This document shows, in pieces, positions 39,892-52,101 of a stretch of 62,000 bases of DNA (positions within the stretch are counted from its first letter, which is position 1; each line of letters opens with the position of its first letter). The notes beneath the pieces were generated by a model, which worked only from the letters and a program-made list of their open reading frames with translations, had not been told where the DNA came from and ran no database searches. Position numbers and translations under genes: made by a program. Source of the stretch: Wallemia ichthyophaga EXF-994 (taxonomy: Eukaryota > Fungi > Basidiomycota); the NCBI RefSeq assembly GCF_000400465.1, contig NW_008806284.1:60001-122000 (forward strand), read 5' to 3'.

Positions 39892-41480
39892 TCAAGTGGT
39901 GACTTGCATATTCCCGACGCCGTTTGTTACATTTGCAACACTGTCAACGTGTGAGTGCTCGCTGTTGGTGTTATTGGTGTTGCTATTGCTATTGCTGTTG
40001 CTGTTACTATCGCCGGAGTGAAGGTATTGCTGCTGTTGCTGAAATTGACGCTTCTGCTGCCCAGCTCTGACACCACCTCTTCTGACGAAATCACGCATCC
40101 GACGCACCTCCTCCTCGACTCTATCGAGTACTACGCCGCAGAATGCCTCACCATCCCTTAACAAATCGCCATCAGCAGCAGGAGGAGCGGCGAAAGCAGC
40201 TTCTAGAGAACGTGTAGTAGATTCTTGAAGAGATGCGAACAGCTTTGCAGTTGATCTCCGCAAAGCTGATGATGCGGGTGGAGGAAGCATTTCGTTATCG
40301 TAGATATCATCGTCGATCATATTATCATCGTCATCTTCATCATTCTCGTCATCATCGTCACTATCATCCATCGGCTCTGCATCTGAAACCCACACCCACT
40401 TTCCACCCTCGGCCATCACCCACTCACGGTCTTCGTCAACACCGCATTCTGGATCAAATTGCGTTGGTTTCCACGCTTCTTCAACCTCCCACCTTTGCCA
40501 ATCGCTGGGTGGACCAACGTCTGCACCCAATCCGAGAACCTCAACGAGCCCCAAACCATCGCGGTCTTTGCCCCACAGCTTATTGTCGATCTCGAGTCTG
40601 GAGAGGTGAGGGAAGAGGGGTAAAAAGTGCATGAAATAAGCCCTAAATGGCATGGATGTTGTGTCATCAGCGCCGTCTAAAGTGGGCGGAATGCGAGGAT
40701 TTCTACTAGGCGGAAATGATCCATTGAGAATGAGAGTGTGTAAGTTACGCGAAGGATGAATAAGATGAAAGAGACCGTGGGGGGAAGTCCACATGACGTT
40801 GCGCAGTTCAAGAAAGCGGATTTCAGAGAGAGAAGTGTTACGATCAGCGAGGAAAGAGTGATTGCTGGTAGAGTGAGTGTCTGTCAAGTTAACGTTAACC
40901 AAACGCAAGCTTTGTAGCGAGGTGTTTCGTCGTAAAACAAGTGTCAAAGCGTCTGACGATATCGACGGAAGGTTTGAAAGGTTGAGTGATGTGAGGAGAG
41001 TGAGACTGTCGCTCTTAGGCGGCAAGAGGCTACTCAAATTGAATCGCCAGCTGAGTCCGTTTAGTGAGAGGTGTGTTAGCGAATTTGGTAGATTTGCGAA
41101 TAAACTAGGTGGTAGGTACACGCTTGGAAGTGATAGCTGGGATTTAAGTGAGTTTAGACAGCATATGCAGACACTCTACTCACATCTAATCCACGCAGTT
41201 GCTGCGCTGGTCCTATACATCGACTTATGAGACGTCCTAATCGACCATCGGCTTTAGCGCCTACAGGAGCCTCACCACGCCAGTGCGTCGCTTCTGCCCA
41301 ATCACCATCGACTTTAAACCACTTCAAGGCCTGGGCTGGCGTCCAATCTTTCTCCAGGTACTCCCCATACGCAACAACAGCGGCTAAAGTGGGAAGATGG
41401 AGCGCGCTGGGTGCTGGAGTTGTACGATAGAGACTGGTGTACACGGGCGGCGTCTTCTTTGTTGGGGTCTGCGTCGGCAT
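39892..41480 (-). CDS. RNI-like leucine-rich repeat protein of unknown function
   Basis: LxxLxL repeats (LTHLSLNG, LTSLNLSN, LQSLRLVN, LHTLILNG) plus an acidic tract. First exon 41480-~41190. Confidence 0.7.
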
Positions 41481-41658
41481 CGTCTGCCAAAGATTAATTT
41501 TGATCTAAGCTGTTTGGTATCGAAGAGTGGCTGCGTGGATTAATAGAAAGCGAGGCTTATAATTTTATAGGGAACAAATCAATTTTACTAGGAGCTATTG
41601 AAGGAGCTGTGATTGCTAATAACTTGTAGCTTATCAACCACCACCACTAGCACCAGCA

Positions 41659-43559
41659 ATGGGCAGATCAGAGAAATTGTATGTCACACAGAGCGAGTGG
41701 AGTGGAGAGAAGGGCCAGCATCTTAGATCTAAAGGCGCTTTCAATCCAATGCACAACGCAGAAGCAGGATTCAAGCCATTGCCATTCGATTGTTGCGCAT
41801 TGAGTCTAGCGCCTTTTGAAAATCCAGTGATGATCAAGGAAACTGGCACTGTGTTTGACCTTATAAATATCCTACCTTACATTAGAAAATACCACTCAAA
41901 TCCAGCTTCCGGGAATCCAACCACTATTAAAGACCTTATCAAGCTTCATTATCATAAGAATGCAACAGGCGACTATTACGATCCTGTGACCTTCAAAACC
42001 TTTAACCAGCACACTCATATTGTTGCTATTGCCTCCTCTGGAAACGTTTTCTCTTTCGATGCTATCGATAAGCTCAACATTAAGGCTAAATGTAGGTTTT
42101 TGTAATCACACACAACTCTTTCTAACACCGCCGTAGTCTGGGAGGATCTTCTCACTGGCCAGCCATTCACCAAAGCTGATATCGTCACTCTTCAAGACCC
42201 TCGCAATCCACCCAATTTGAACGAGTTGGAATTCATTAAGAACAAGAAAATCGTTTCTGATAAGGAAGCTGATGAAGTACTCAATGACCCACTCGGAACT
42301 ATCAACGTTAATGCAACTGGTGGTGCCAGTGCTCTCCTCAAGAAAATCTCAGATAAGCAAAACGAAGGCAAAGAAACGAGCGACAGTCAGTCAACAGACA
42401 ATAGCCACTTGGTGAAAGCACCCACGCATTTCCCCAAAACTGGTAACCAACCAGCCAGTGGATCACTCACTGGTGTGAAAGCCTACAACGCTGCGAAACA
42501 CAGCACAGGCCGCACAGCTGCCTCCTTCACATCCACCATACTAGATCCACAATCACGCAACGAATCAGCCCTGATAGATGAGGATGAGCTTATGTTCGAA
42601 GAGGTAGAGAAACTAGCTGGTGCACGCGGGAAAGACAAGGCAAAAGGAAAAGCCTACGTACGCATAGTAACAAACCACGGCTCTCTCAATGTAGAGCTAC
42701 ATTGTGAAAAAGCTCCAAAAACTTGCTATAATTGGCTCATGTTAGCACGCGGTCGCAAATACGACGGTGTGTCATTCCACCGCAATATCCCAGGATTCAT
42801 GATTCAGGGTGGAGACCCGTCTGGTACAGGACGCGGTGGGGAGTCTTTCTACGGTAACCCATTCGGCGATGAGTATGACCGTAAAGGTGCCTATAAGCAT
42901 GATGCACGCGGTGTATTTGCAATGGCAAATGCTGGCCCTTCCACAAACACTTCACAATTCTTCATAACATATAGACCTACACCGCATCTCGATGGAAAAC
43001 ACACAGTCTTCGGCCATCTCGTTGGCGGGATGGACACACTGGCCAGTCTCGAATCTATACAGGTCGATAAGGCGACAAGTAGACCTATGCGTACTATTAG
43101 AATGGAGGAAATTCAAATGTGGGTCATAACGTCGATTACTTGGTAGAGATTCTCTTCTCACCTCGCACACATTATAGCTTCTCGGATCCGTTCGAAGAAT
43201 ACAAAGCTAATTTGGCGAACCGTATGAAGAGGGAAAGAGGGGATTACGCAGATGAGGAAAGGAAAGCACGCATGAAAGCGAATAAAGAGAAAAACAGGAC
43301 GACGTGGTGAGTTTAAATGTCTTTCAAAATGCTGATATACTCATCAACCCACAGGTTTGGTACGGATCTTGGTGAAAAGCAAATTAGGTCGCAGCCCGCT
43401 ACCAAGGAAGATGACAACATGAAGGAGCTGCTAGGTGGTACTGGCGGAGGAGGTGTTGGAAAATACCTCTCTCTCAAACGACCCGCTAATCCTGATGCTG
43501 GGGTGCCGCCAAAGAAAAAGAAGGATAGGAGTGGATTCAGTGATTTCAGCTCGTGGTAA
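41659..43559 (+). CDS. PPIL2: U-box cyclophilin PPIL2/Cyp60-like
   Basis: MGRSEKLYVTQSEW..LPFDCCALSLAPF (RTF2/U-box-like) plus a cyclophilin domain FHRNIPGFMIQGGDP..SQFFITY..HLDGKHTVFG. Confidence 0.92.
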
Positions 43560-43849
43560 TGTCTTGTTTTGTGACTTGAATCACATTTGTACGTATAGTA
43601 TACATATTGAGTGTAATAAAAGTAATTTCAAATATAGATCTTGGTTAATCACTTTCCGCGAAAACGATGTGATGTCAAAATGGAATATGGCGGATAAATT
43701 GATTTCTAAATGCTATTCAGTCTGAGCTTATAGTGGAGCTACACCAACCAATCGCTCTCATGACGCACTGCTGCTCTGTCGACTCAACGAGAAGACAAAT
43801 TTTGTAGCAATCGACCGAGAAGTTAAAGTCATTTATCAATTATGATTAT

Positions 43850-44690
43850 AATTACTACAACACCCGCTATTTATCTCAAACCAATTAAATATCCTGTGTA
43901 TTGAGATTGATAGCGAATTTTGCTAGTGAACGCAGAAAGGCTATATCCTCTACTAGACCAACTTGTTCAACGCGAGGAATGAAATGGTTGGTATTCCTTG
44001 ATGGAGTTGCTTGAGATAGGATAGCTCGTTCACATTCGTTGTAGAGTCATTCCTGAGGCAAAAAAAGCTGCTGAATGGTATATTCGCTGTATCTGCTCTC
44101 TAGCGATCGTACACATTCAATCACCTCAATGAGACAATAAGACAAGATGAGATCACCGTCAGGCTCTCCTTTCAAACTCCATTTCGTAGCTTGGAGGTCC
44201 CTTAATAAGGTCACTTGAAGCCCTTTTTCGATGTGTACAGTCGGAACTGCTGTTAGCGGTATGGTCGTATCTTTATTGTCTTCCTCCTCATTCAGATCGC
44301 CTTGATAACGGTTTTCGACATGAACGCATTATCATCTGCGTCAGTAAACTCTATCTTATATTTGGGCTGCGTTTGGTTTCTTCAATATCTAATAACATTC
44401 TCACAAACACACACTCACTCGTGGTGTCGAAACTGGCATTGTGCTTATTTTGGTATACTGAAAGCTGCTGGTGATTACTTGCTATGAAATTCCCTCTAGT
44501 CCGACGAAAGTGCACTACAAACATACTACAAACCTCGCTTTAGCTCTAAATTTATCATTTCCAATCAAGAAACCAAGTATATTAAGATTTTGAACACATT
44601 TTCATGGACGAAGGTTGATTACAAAACAATTAAACAATTGAAGTATCTTGGTTGTGAAGAGCTCACAAGCACAAGCACACAAAATCTAGC
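43850..44690 (-). pseudogene. Disrupted orphan coding remnant
   Basis: A protein-like frame (DNKDTTIPLTAVP...QE*LYNECERAILSQ...) is interrupted by TGA at 44047-44049. Splice-like signals lie upstream. Confidence 0.45.
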
Positions 44691-44692
44691 AC

Positions 44693-45733
44693 TCAAATCA
44701 CTGCGTGTGGAAACTGGAAGTCTGGCTTAGTGAAGGCGTCGTCGCGATAGAATTCGAGTTTATATTGGAAGGCTTCTAATTTGCTAATCATAGACTTAGT
44801 GAGAACACCTCTTGTTTCCAAGTCAGCCAAGATAGGAGCATATTCGAGCTCTTGACCGTTTTCGAGTTTGTGGGTTTCAAGCGGTGTGTAATTTGGTGCG
44901 AATCTGCCTTTGTGCGCTTTGGTATATTCATCTTCTTCTGTTTTATCTTTGCGATTCTTCAACCACACACTGGCGCCCTTATTGTCGTGCATAACTTCTT
45001 GAAGGAACGCCTTAGGTTGGTTGCAGTTAACTTTATAATAGATCGAGCAATTAGTCCTTAATCCCTCTCCAAACGCGCCTCACTCACATACGACACTCTT
45101 GTATCTCTTGATGTGATGCTGTGTCTCCAAGAGATTCCTGATACGCCTCAAGAGACGATCCATATGCTCGTCATACAGTGCTGTACAGCGTTGGTTGAAT
45201 TTTGCAGTCACGAGCTTTATTTCGTATTGCTCATTCCATTCGGCCGCTGGCACTTTCCGATCTTCAGCCCAGTTAGCAAACTCGACCTGTAGATCTGTCT
45301 TAAGCATATTCTTCATTCGCTCATGAACTTTATTTTCAAGGCGGGTGAGTGTAGTCTTATTGCCTAAATTGGCGCCCTCACTTCTGTGTCTGAAGTTTTT
45401 CAACAGGATGGTAACAGACTTGCCCACTGACGAAACGAAAGACTGGATGCCAGTTTTTGAAGACCTGAATGATCCACGAGCACCACCGATACGATCACTG
45501 AAGTCGGTAGCGATGCGCTGGAGCTTTGAAGGCTGCATTTCATCTGTTAGAGCGGTTCGACTGGCAGAGCTCATTTGCTCGTCGTTTATCTGGCGCATTA
45601 GGACCTCGTCCGCTCTCGCGATCTCTGTTGTTGTCAGTTGATCTGAACTATAAGTCCAACCGGATGGTAGTTCGCTCGGCTGCGGTACCTCAACACCGTC
45701 CTTTGGAGATGACTTTGGCTGCGTATTTCTCAT
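44693..45733 (-). CDS. Orphan two-exon reading frame (~325 aa), possibly part of a larger unit
   Basis: ORFs 45080-45733 and 44693-44992 join in frame through a ~57-nt GTGAGT..CTAAT..AAG intron. No family recognised. Confidence 0.55.
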
Positions 45734-45817
45734 GGACTTAGCTCAACAACCGACTTACCAGGAGATGCGCTCCCTACTTATAGCTCAACAATCCTTACAA
45801 GTAAATGCGCTTCTTAT

Positions 45818-48800
45818 TTAGCAGCTAGGTTGAATATTTTCCATACGAACGAACTTTTCTCGTATTTTGCGATTTCGAAGAATGCAAGTGGGGATATACA
45901 GACAGAACTTTTCATTTGTCGTAATCTTAGGTCTGAAGTCTCCTTGTTCGCCTAATACCCTTTCCATGGACTGAAAATCGGGAATGCGAACATACTTGAA
46001 GATGTAGCACGCGACGAAAGCCAAACAAGTATTATAAAGAGATGCATTGATCAAACAAGATGAGATAGAAGTCTATTTAGGTACTAAGTACAATAGTAAT
46101 ATTGAAGACTGCTATTCTATACTCCCACCTTCCCTTAGTCATGCGAAGGAAGCTTTGAACAGTCCACAGGATGCAGAAAATATTCAATTTTACTCAAACA
46201 AATTGCAGAGATACCCTATCATCCTCATTTTTGACTTGGACAAGAAATCGCGTTTGTTCTAGTTGAGTGATTATGAAAAAAAGGTCCCTGAAGGAAGGAG
46301 GCTCTACTAGCGGTTTCATGAGATATATCTGTTCACTTTCGAACCTGTCTTTGAGCACTATCTTTGAAGATTTGTATATATTTCGGTCGAGCAGCTTCTT
46401 CTTGTAAGTGCTGTAATCTTTTGCGAAGGTTAGATTCATAGCTGCATCAAGAAAGTTACGCCCACAGTGGAGACTACTCAGTAACGGCGTGTGTTTCTTG
46501 ATAAGCATTCGTATGCGATCCCTAAGTAACACGCAGTAAAACTTTGCGAACTTGCTATAAAAGACGAAGGACACGATCTTCAAGCTAGGATGAGCAATCA
46601 GCTTTATCTTATGCTACCCTGGCTATTTTAGCAGCGTGATCATGTTATCCAATACCACTCTGTCATGAGCTTTGCGCAAGTTAATGAACAAATCTCGGTA
46701 CTTCAAGTCTCCTTCTCTGTCGCTACATGATAGCTTGGGAAGGATAAGGAAGTATAGCTTAATGGTATTTAAGTCTACCCTTGTCGTTATCTCTCTCTCC
46801 CTCTCCGAAGACATCTGGCTCGATGTATAACTGTATCAAGCCGGTGCTGATTTGCAATGGCTGTGGTGTAACCTCCGCCGTGTTGATTAGTTGTGATTGT
46901 TCAGTCCGTCGGGTCTCTTTCCGAGGCTGCTATTGACGCTGCTCTTGAGCTTTTCCAGCTTCGTAGTTTTCATTACGGGTCTTTATCATGCTGTTTCTTT
47001 CACTCCCCGCTGTGAGGGTAAATTGAAGATCAATTGAGTCTGTTGACGGCCGTGCTGGTGAGGGAGTTGGGTCTGGTAACCATTTCTCGAAATTTGTCAG
47101 AGTTATCTCGACACCTGGTGCTCTGGGATCCAATCCGAACTGAGAACCATTGCTAATTGGAGAGCTTGGGAAAGCGCTTTCGATAGATTCAGGAGCTGTA
47201 AACACTTCCATTATTGTTTCAAGTATTATGGAATTAGATGTGGCAAAGCGCGCGATTTGTCACGTTATCTTGACAAGTGAAAATCTTCCTGACGAAGGAA
47301 ACATATCAACGAAATTCACAGAGTCATTACAAGATTTACTTGAGCAAGTCTTACATAGATTGATTCAATCACGCCTGTAGCGGTATCTTCTAGATGGACG
47401 AGGTGTGTCTGCTGAACATCTTGGATCGACGTATGGTGGTGGATCAGGATAGAAGAAATCTTTGCGCCTCCATTCCAGCAGCCAGTGTAGGTATTTTAGG
47501 CATTCAATGTCAAATTTACTAGCCCTCTCCATGTCGTCGACGAGATCGATTCTGTCGACGACAGCCAAATTTACAGTCAGCTTGTTGAGCGTATATATCT
47601 CATTTGCGCTTCTAGGTAGGGTGTCTTCTACCTTTGGCTCAGGTTTCTTCTTCTTGAAGCTATCAACAAAAACTTGCGCTCTGTCTGTTGGGGTTAATAT
47701 CAATTTAAGTAAAGCAAATCGTCGGATATCAACTCACAGATTAAAGAGCGTTTAAAGATTCTGTTGCTTTCTTTGCTGAGCGCCAAGTGTACTCTGGCTT
47801 GGAGGAAATCGAGTACGTCGCCGGCAAAGTCTTCGAAGTACTTGTTGAATACCATGTGGCGTATAGAGGCCTCTAGATCATCACATCCGTTAACAGCACT
47901 ACGATTGCGAATTCTATCAGATACAAAGCCAGCTTTGAGGAGAACTTGGGGCGTGATTTCCTGATCGACTTGTTCTCGAACTTCAGCGAGGAAATCTGTG
48001 ATGATATCCTTGTTCCTGTGGTATCTCAGGTCTAATGGTAACTTATCGCATCCTCCACAAACGCATTCATTGCGAAATGCTTTACAGTGAAGGACCTTGG
48101 TAGCTGGTGGGAGGTGAGTATCATAAACAGCAATCCCTATAGTGCCCACATATTGATCGTGGTATAGAGTTGGTCGTGAGTTGTCGTCTGCTGTTTGTTC
48201 GTTGAGGTTGAGGAATTGGGGGAACGAACACGGATTCAACCTTGTGAGAGTGTCTTCTTATCATCCTTCAACGCCTATTCGACTGCAAAGAACAAAAGGA
48301 ATCGCCTCAGTTATTTATGTCATTTCCCGGCGCTGGAATGGGGGCATCATATCTTAGAAATTTTAAAGAAGTGTCAGGAGTATTAGTGTATGTACTAATT
48401 AATTGCGGTGTAGAAAAGAAATATATGAGTATGTCTAGTATCGCCTATTATCGTCCTTGAAAGAGCTGATTATTTGGTGTAAGCTTCAAATAAGGTCTTA
48501 GTACTCGATATAGCTGAAGTCGAGGGAGAAACACTTCAAGCTATTCTTCGTATAGACCTCCATACACTTGATTCGTTCGACCGTGACAAGAGATGAAAAT
48601 TCATCGCTATTTTTTTCCCTTGAATACCCCAGTCACTGTCGCAGAATTAGTAGGCCTCACAAACAACACCGCAGACTGACTTAAGCGCTTCACTCTAACG
48701 CCATGAATGTGAAAAGCGATAAGACTGCGTACACGCACACGCACATCCACGAAAGCGACTAATTCTGTCTCTACTAATTGCATTTTGCTGAGCTTGATAT

Positions 48801-49900
48801 TTAGGAGTGCTTTGATAGTGAGGAGCTTGAAGCAGATAGTTTTTTGTTTATTTGCAAACATTGCAAAGGCGTACTGTGGCATTTCAATGAGATCGTTCTT
48901 GTCTGTGTGATCTCGAGAGGAGCTTGGCAGGGGCTACTAGATGTTCTGGGTGATTCCCCATCGAGAAGCAGCTGCAAGCTGATTTGCGTGCCACTACACA
49001 GCGCTCGAAACGCCTGGATTGGCCAAAACAGCTGCTCTCAGACGGCAGAGCTGGTTTTCCATGTAACGAGATGTCGCTTTAGCTTTAACTTTCGTCTCCG
49101 ACAAACAACTCATGGCATATTTCCAGATACTGTTGGCAAACACATTAAGAAATTGATGTTGGTTAATAACAATAATCGTTCTTGGATCCGCATCATCCGC
49201 ACCCATTGCAATTCGCGACTTGTGATCTGCAAAGATCTGTGCTTCGGTATATTCCAAGATGCCGACATATGACATAATGGGAAATGTAGATCACTTGGCT
49301 TGGCTTATGCATGTGATAGTCACAATCTTAATATATTCACGTAAAATTCAGTCGATTACAAGGTTAATTTGAGGGGTGTGTTAGAGTGTTTCATTTTATG
49401 ACACAACACATCGAAACACGACTCAGATAAAGTCACGTATACGATGAGTGACGTTCCTGACTCACTTGTCTGTCTTTTGAGCTATCTTTCACTTGCAATA
49501 AATGATTTGATGTACGCATCGATTCTGCAACTTGGACCATGTTTGCTGAAGACGATGCAACTGCGCCGTGGGTGAATTGCATATTTGGAACGATCATTGA
49601 TGTTGAAGGTACTGTTGATACTGACGTTAAAGCTGATGGTGTTGCTGCTTGGTGGAGCACACTGGCGGTATCCCCACCTCTCGACGCTTCTACTGTCGTG
49701 CTGCTAGCTGAGAGGTTCTCCAACTTGATATCATAGAGGGTACGCTCAAAGCTGATTTTTGGCTTGATACTCTTCGGACTTAATTTTTTGCGCTTGCTCA
49801 TAGTCCATTTTGCTAACCTGTCTAAAACAATCTCAAGCATGATGGCGTTAGTGTCACTAGCGTGAATTCCTCAAAATCATCGACAGATGAAAGCATTCCT
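45818..49900 (-). pseudogene. Stop-interrupted, intron-containing orphan coding region(s)
   Basis: Track ORFs 48994/48607 and 46623/46194 are in the same frame, separated only by TAG/TAA/TGA codons. A clean GTGAGT intron joins ORFs 47700 and 47365. Confidence 0.65.
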
Positions 49901-49969
49901 AGATGCTTGAGCTAGCTCCAAGTTGGCGTCATTCGTGATTTTCCTTTATAAATTATACATGAAAAATTT

Positions 49970-51800
49970 ATACAACAAACAAGAATAAATAGTCTAAAAC
50001 CATCCCTGCCCTGCAAACTGCTCGATCAATCTGGCTTATTGACTCCTTGTCTTGGGAGCAAACTTGCACTCATCAAGTGATGGCTTAGGGATCCACGTCT
50101 CCATTGCGAACTTGCGATACTCTAACGGGGTGTAGTTCTACGCATTCTTCATATACTCAAACCATTAGCCTTTTTAGTTGATATCGATACTTGGCTTGTT
50201 AAGCAGTGAGCGTTCCTCTTCAATTTTCCAGCCTGCATTCATCTTTGCGTTGTGCTTTATGTACAAATTCACGATGTCTGAACACTCTGCGCTTTTTACT
50301 TTTCCATCATCAACAGAATCAATTACGAGCGGAAAAAGCTTTGGTATGCGCTGCGACAGCGAGTAGTTCGAACCTTCATTAAATGATGGATAGTCATCTA
50401 CCTCGGCTGCACCCTCTAATGTTCTCCATTTCGCTAGCACAGTCTTACCAGCAGCTTCTATCACCAACAATAATCCAGGCTGGTTTGCTACTCGCATCAG
50501 ACACTGGCTGTCTTCGTTATGGTTCCAGCAATGCTCATTATGATGTTCTTTGAAATCTGTCATCGCAATTACGCTTTCAACTTTAGGGTATTTGTCTTTT
50601 CTTTCTTAGCGAATATTTCCAAATACACGTAAAGCTTCCACTGCTTTGCCCTAAGAATCAATTTTGTGGTTTGATATACCCGTCCATGCCAAGTTTCCCA
50701 TTGATGAGTCTCTCAGCGTATGTAAACGCTCTGTATATGGCTTTTCAAAGCCTTTGTGATTAAATGAAACGCCATTAGCGTGGAGAGATGACAGCGTGTT
50801 AGTAAGACATAGTGTGTTTCTCATAACATGGACACCGTCATCCACAGTTATTTCAATGTATGGTTTGATGTAGATGTCGTCATAATTTTTAATTGGATTA
50901 ACTTTGCGCATTTGTGCTCGAGCTTTCTTCTTCTGACGTCTCTTTATAGCTTTGTTGTTAGGCAGTTTACATGTTACAATTTCACCTTTCTGAGCCAAGC
51001 TATCAATGAACTCGGCAGGGGCTAAATCTTTTCCTTCTTCTTCAAGTTTGTTAAGTAGTACATTCAGATTCATCTCTTTGAGACCAGTTTCCAAGTCTAC
51101 GCCTCTGGTCTTGGTATCGCAAAGAATATCAACAACCTTCTCAACCGTCTTTCTTTTCAGGTTTCTTCTGATATGTCAATTTCATGCTATCACAATAAAT
51201 TCAATGTCCTTGTTCTCATCATTAGATTCACCTTCCGCCGATGGCAGAGGAACAGAGACATCCCACCCAATCCATTCGTAGGGCTTGCATTGGGTCTCAC
51301 ATCTGCGCAGATTAATATGGAACTGAACCTTATCACGTTGATCTTCTTCAATTTTGAAACTAGCTGGTGTAGGAGCAGGTAGCTTGATAGAATGAAATTC
51401 TACATCCTTGTTGGTGGTGTATATCCGATATCTTTGCAATCTTAAACAAGGTGGATATCATAGTGTGAGATAGAGCACCAATGGAAACCTTCAGTTCCGT
51501 GCATGGGGCAGTCGTACTTGTTGAGCCATTTTCCGAGCCACACCTTGAATTCATCATTAAGGGCACAAGATTCTGCTAATTTGACGAATATTCAGCCCAG
51601 ATCTGTGCTCTGATTGAGCACGGACCTAACACAGCATCTGGATGCGATTTGGTCGAATATCTGTGTAAGGTTACCCAAGATGTTCAATCTCCGAAACATG
51701 GAACTACTGTCTTAATTCTCATTCGATACTTGCTGCAAGGGTCATAGGTCAATGTCAGCTACGTTGCAAACGAAAGTTTTGAGGAATGTTCAACTGCAAT
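49970..51800 (-). pseudogene. Stop-interrupted orphan coding region
   Basis: One frame runs from ~51170 to ~49970 with only six internal stops (50651, 50606, 50174, 50165, 50138, 50036), all TAA/TAG. Further exons lie upstream. Confidence 0.65.
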
Positions 51801-52101
51801 TGCCCAAAAACTAGCTGTGAATAAGTTTAGAAAGTTAAATTAATCAGAACAACTTTTTAAAACAAAAGAAAGAAGATAAAGAAACATGAGGGACTTTCTG
51901 GATAGGGGTAAGAGTGGTTAAGTGTTAGGAAGTTGGTAGTTGAATAGTTGTTCAAGTGGATTGGGTTGGCGATATTGCTATTCAATTGGGTAAGTTGAGT
52001 ATAATAAATAGGCGTCGTATTCTGTTTATATGTGGCTTATGACATCGCTGTGAGGGAATTATGAAACAAATAACCAAATGCTCAGTTGAAGGATAAAGTA
52101 A

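Noticed and set aside
43700-51900. Insert using a variant genetic code (TAA/TAG = Gln)
   Set aside because: In-frame TGA codons also interrupt continuing frames (49871, 49877, 48601, 44047), and the introns are host-like. C-to-T mutation explains all three stop types more simply.
43560-52100. Terminal inverted repeats, LTRs or target-site duplication around the island
   Set aside because: None seen by eye at either boundary, and no RT, integrase or DDE motif was recognised, so no mobile_element feature is called.
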